Source of the DNA: Alphaproteobacteria bacterium
GTDB taxonomy: Bacteria > Pseudomonadota > Alphaproteobacteria > Rs-D84
DNA length: 64,000 nucleotides
NCBI GenBank assembly: GCA_024402715.1
Contig: JAKSTF010000001.1
Span: 6,757-70,756, forward strand
Direction: 5' to 3'
Position numbers and translations under genes: made by a program. Under the pieces are notes generated by a model. That model made no database searches. It was given only the letters and a program-made list of their open reading frames with translations, and was not told where the DNA came from. This document shows, piece after piece, positions 60,660 through 64,000 of this stretch. Positions within the stretch are counted from its first letter, which is position 1. Every line of letters begins with the position of its first letter.

Positions 60660-62651
60660 TTACTCCAACAATAATAAATCATCTTCTAATTTATGTATAG
60701 CATCACGTAAATCTGCCGCTGTTTCAAATTCTAAATCTTCCGCCGCCCGGTGCATTTTCTTGGTTAATTCTTTTATTTGTTTACGCAATGATTCCGCATC
60801 CATTACACCGCCAGATTTATCGTATACAAATTTACGTTTTTTATCCGTTTTATCCATCTGATCACCAACGGTATTAAATATTGCCTTGGTTACAGTTGTC
60901 GGCGTAATACCATGTTTTGTATTATATGCCATTTGTTTTTCGCGTCGCCGTGCGGTTTCAGACAATGCCGCATTCATTGAATCAGTCATTTTATCCGCAT
61001 ATAATATTACACACCCGTTCGCATTACGCGCTGCACGTCCAATTGTTTGGATTAACGAACGAGTTGATCGTAAAAAACCCTCTTTGTCCGCATCCATAAT
61101 CGCAACTAATTCGCATTCTGGAACATCCAAACCTTCACGTAACAGGTTAATTCCAACTAATACATCATATTTTCCTAAACGTAAATCACGTAATAATTCG
61201 ATTCTTTCCAATGTTTCAATATCACTATGTAAATACCGTGCCCGAACGCCATTTTCAACAAAATAATCTGTTAGCTGTTCGGCCATTTTTTTTGTTAGTG
61301 TTGTAACCAATACACGTCCCGTTATCCCTTTTACCGTTTCTAATAAATCATCTACCTGATGTTCTGTTGGACGAACTGTGCACACAGGATCCAATAAACC
61401 TGTGGGACGAATAACCTGTTCAGATACAATTCCTCCAGATTGTTCCAATTCCCATTGTGCAGGCGTTGCAGAAACAAATATAGTCTGGGGACGTAATGCA
61501 TCCCATTCATCAAATGTCAACGGGCGATTATCAACACATGCCGGCAAACGGAAACCATATTGAGACAACGTTTCTTTGCGAGCCCTGTCACCACGTGACA
61601 TAGCCCCAATTTGCGGAACAGTTACATGACTTTCATCGATGAATAAAATCGCATCTTTGGGTAAGTATTCAAACAATGTCGGAGGCGGCATTCCAGGTGC
61701 CCGCCCCGATAAATATCTGGAATAATTTTCAATACCACGACATGATCCTGTCGTTTCCATCATTTCTATGTCAAAGTTCACCCGTTCCCGTAAGCGCTGT
61801 TCTTCGATGTATTTCATATTTTCATGAAAATATTTTAACCGTTGTTCTAAATCGTTTTTTATATTTCCAATCGCCTGTAAAATACTGGGCATTGGTGTTG
61901 CATAATGTGTATTTGGATAAATCACAATCCTGTCTAATTTATGTAATTTTGCCCCAGTCAGTGTATCAAATTCCCATATATCTTCAATTTCATCGCCAAA
62001 AAAAGATAATTTCCATGCCCTGTCTTGTGAATGCGATGGAAATATATCCAATGTATCGCCACGCATACGAAAATCACCACGTTCAAAAGCAACATCATTA
62101 CGTTTATATTGAATATCAACCAATGATCGCATAACATCTGCCATACCAATCATATCCCCAGCATTTATAACCAATTTCATCCCTGCATACTGCTCAGGCG
62201 AACCCATACCATAAATTGACGACACACTGGATACAACGATAACATCTTTTTCTTCCAACATGGCACGTGTTGCACTGTGTCGCATCCGGTCCAATTGTTC
62301 ATTAATTGACGCATCTTTATCAATATATGTATCTGTTGTTGGCATATATGCTTCTGGTTGATAATAATCATAATATGAAACAAAATATTCAACGTGATTA
62401 TTAGGGAAAAAAGATTTCATTTCTGTATATAATTGTGCCGCCAAAATTTTGTTTGGTGCCATAATTAGTGCTGGGCGTCCTAATTCAGCAATAATATTCG
62501 CCATCGTAAACGTTTTACCAGATCCGGTAACACCCAACAAAACCTGCGAACGACGCCCATCACAAATCCCTGAAACTAATTCAGAAATTGCCACAGGTTG
62601 ATCCCCCATAGGGCTGTAAGTACTATTAAGATCAAATATTTTTTTATTCAC
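60660..62651 (-). CDS. uvrB: Excinuclease ABC subunit B
   Basis: [31 protein letters not shown]-terminal UVR domain. Confidence 0.98.
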   Translation of the reverse strand: MNKKIFDLNSTYSPMGDQPVAISELVSGICDGRRSQVLLGVTGSGKTFTMANIIAELGRPALIMAPNKILAAQLYTEMKSFFPNNHVEYFVSYYDYYQPEAYMPTTDTYIDKDASINEQLDRMRHSATRAMLEEKDVIVVSSVSSIYGMGSPEQYAGMKLVINAGDMIGMADVMRSLVDIQYKRNDVAFERGDFRMRGDTLDIFPSHSQDRAWKLSFFGDEIEDIWEFDTLTGAKLHKLDRIVIYPNTHYATPMPSILQAIGNIKNDLEQRLKYFHENMKYIEEQRLRERVNFDIEMMETTGSCRGIENYSRYLSGRAPGMPPPTLFEYLPKDAILFIDESHVTVPQIGAMSRGDRARKETLSQYGFRLPACVDNRPLTFDEWDALRPQTIFVSATPAQWELEQSGGIVSEQVIRPTGLLDPVCTVRPTEHQVDDLLETVKGITGRVLVTTLTKKMAEQLTDYFVENGVRARYLHSDIETLERIELLRDLRLGKYDVLVGINLLREGLDVPECELVAIMDADKEGFLRSTRSLIQTIGRAARNANGCVILYADKMTDSMNAALSETARRREKQMAYNTKHGITPTTVTKAIFNTVGDQMDKTDKKRKFVYDKSGGVMDAESLRKQIKELTKKMHRAAEDLEFETAADLRDAIHKLEDDLLLLE

Positions 62652-62697
62652 AATATTTAATATAATCCATTATAATGAAAATACAAGGAAAGAGAGA

Positions 62698-64000
62698 ATG
62701 GCATTAAAACCCAGATATAAACGCAGAATTATATGGACAACGTTAACTATATTGTCGGCAGGTGTCTTGGCATTGGTAATCGTTCCACCAATGACAAACC
62801 TTAATAAGTTTAAACCAAATATAGAACATGCAATTACAGAACAAACAGGTGTCAATGTTCAAATAACTGGCGATGTAAATTTCAGTTTATTGGGCCACGC
62901 AACAATTGTTGCACATAATGTTATAATACCAATGGGCAGTATTGATTCATTGATGATACGTATTCCTATTTCTAGTTTGGTAAATCTTGGTCGTGTACCA
63001 TTAAACGGTAGTGTAATTGTAAATGGTGCAAACATTAAAATAAATTCTTTTGACGGCTCAGTTACCAATAAACCGATTGAAATAAAAAATTCAGTTGCAC
63101 ATTTTAAAGGCAAAGAATATGAAATTATTCGTGGCACATTAAACAATGGGCAATTAAATGGAATTGTTCGAACAAATCAACACAAATATGAAATTACATT
63201 TCATGATGATGTTTTTAACATTAAAAATAATAACGACCATGTGGATATTACCGGACGGCTATTTACAAATGGAACAGCATCTGGAAATATGTCATTTAAT
63301 CAAGTTAATGTAAATAAATGGTTTGAATTTGATAATCCAACAATTGGTAAAAAAAATTTAGATATGGATTTTGATTGGGATGGTGAATACGGTTTTTCAT
63401 TCAATAATATAAAAATGGAAAACATAACTGGTAATATTACGTTATCATCAAATGGTGCACGTGAAATAAATTTACATGGTAAAAATGTAAAATACGACAT
63501 GTCGTTTTTATTACAACCAACACATTTATTTTACAACACAAAATTCGATTTAGATTTATATGGTAATTTATCATTTGGTCCATATGATTTTGAACATATT
63601 TTGATTCAGGCCCATGGCACAGAAGACAGTTTGAATATTATAAATATTTTGGCAGATAATGTAAAAATTTCTGGGGGATATATTAATGCAAATGGGGCCC
63701 ATGATATAAAAATATCCACCCCATTTAATGGTCATACTGCAACGTGTATATTTAATGGCACCCCAAACAAATGGACGTGTTCAGAGTTTACATTTGATAA
63801 AATGTACGGCACAATAAATGTAGACAATGGTATTTTTAACGTATCATTAAAATCGAATCAACCAATGCCACAACTGGAAAAAATTTCACAGTTTTTAAAC
63901 AAAATTGGAAATCGTGGGCATTTGGATTTTGATTTTTCAGATGCCGGCGGTTGGATTGATATAAATCCTGATAACAAAGATATTTTACAATATAGATTTG
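62698..64000 (+). CDS. AsmA-like protein (truncated by window end)
   Basis: Frame from ATG 62698: MALKPRYKRRIIW..TM..PPMTNLNKFKPNIEHAITEQTGVNVQITGDVNFSLL, a typical AsmA N-terminus followed by beta-rich sequence; absent from the ORF track because it has no stop in the window. Confidence 0.7.
   Translation, partial: MALKPRYKRRIIWTTLTILSAGVLALVIVPPMTNLNKFKPNIEHAITEQTGVNVQITGDVNFSLLGHATIVAHNVIIPMGSIDSLMIRIPISSLVNLGRVPLNGSVIVNGANIKINSFDGSVTNKPIEIKNSVAHFKGKEYEIIRGTLNNGQLNGIVRTNQHKYEITFHDDVFNIKNNNDHVDITGRLFTNGTASGNMSFNQVNVNKWFEFDNPTIGKKNLDMDFDWDGEYGFSFNNIKMENITGNITLSSNGAREINLHGKNVKYDMSFLLQPTHLFYNTKFDLDLYGNLSFGPYDFEHILIQAHGTEDSLNIINILADNVKISGGYINANGAHDIKISTPFNGHTATCIFNGTPNKWTCSEFTFDKMYGTINVDNGIFNVSLKSNQPMPQLEKISQFLNKIGNRGHLDFDFSDAGGWIDINPDNKDILQYRF

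Noticed and set aside
1-64000. CRISPR array, rRNA, IS transposase or prophage genes
   Set aside because: No regularly spaced repeats, rRNA-like sequence, DDE transposase or phage structural genes were seen.

Overview
AT-rich chromosomal segment from what is most likely a reduced-genome alphaproteobacterium (inferred from the addB, secB-mltA-dciA and ftsQ/ftsA gene types and order). Most of it is housekeeping: ftsK, yajC-secD-secF, mutL, greA, xerD, trxB, serS, typA, recA, ruvC/ruvA, mnmE, xth, addB, lolCD, ftsQ, uvrB, plus tRNA-Gly and tRNA-Tyr. Accessory content comprises a glycosyltransferase/APH-like kinase cluster, a tandem orphan paralog family, a secreted serine protease and two unrelated DNA-methyltransferase/nuclease cassettes. 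The main observation is that both methyltransferase operons, 35 kb apart and from different families, are preceded by the same ~220-230 nt structured non-coding leader (16065-16292 and 51284-51502, minus strand). The two copies show compensatory base changes, an 85-nt cloverleaf-like core, a terminator/antiterminator strand swap, and antisense segments complementary both to an upstream site and to the methyltransferase start region. The architecture resembles phage C4/CI antisense attenuators but sits in front of restriction-modification genes. Other notable items are an FtsA-Rpe fusion, a 16-nt homopolymer in a promoter spacer (candidate phase variation), an apparently inactive CtpA homolog, a cluster of five TCACTG hexamers between an MTase and its nuclease, and several apparently leaderless genes. 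All calls were made by eye without database searches or folding software.
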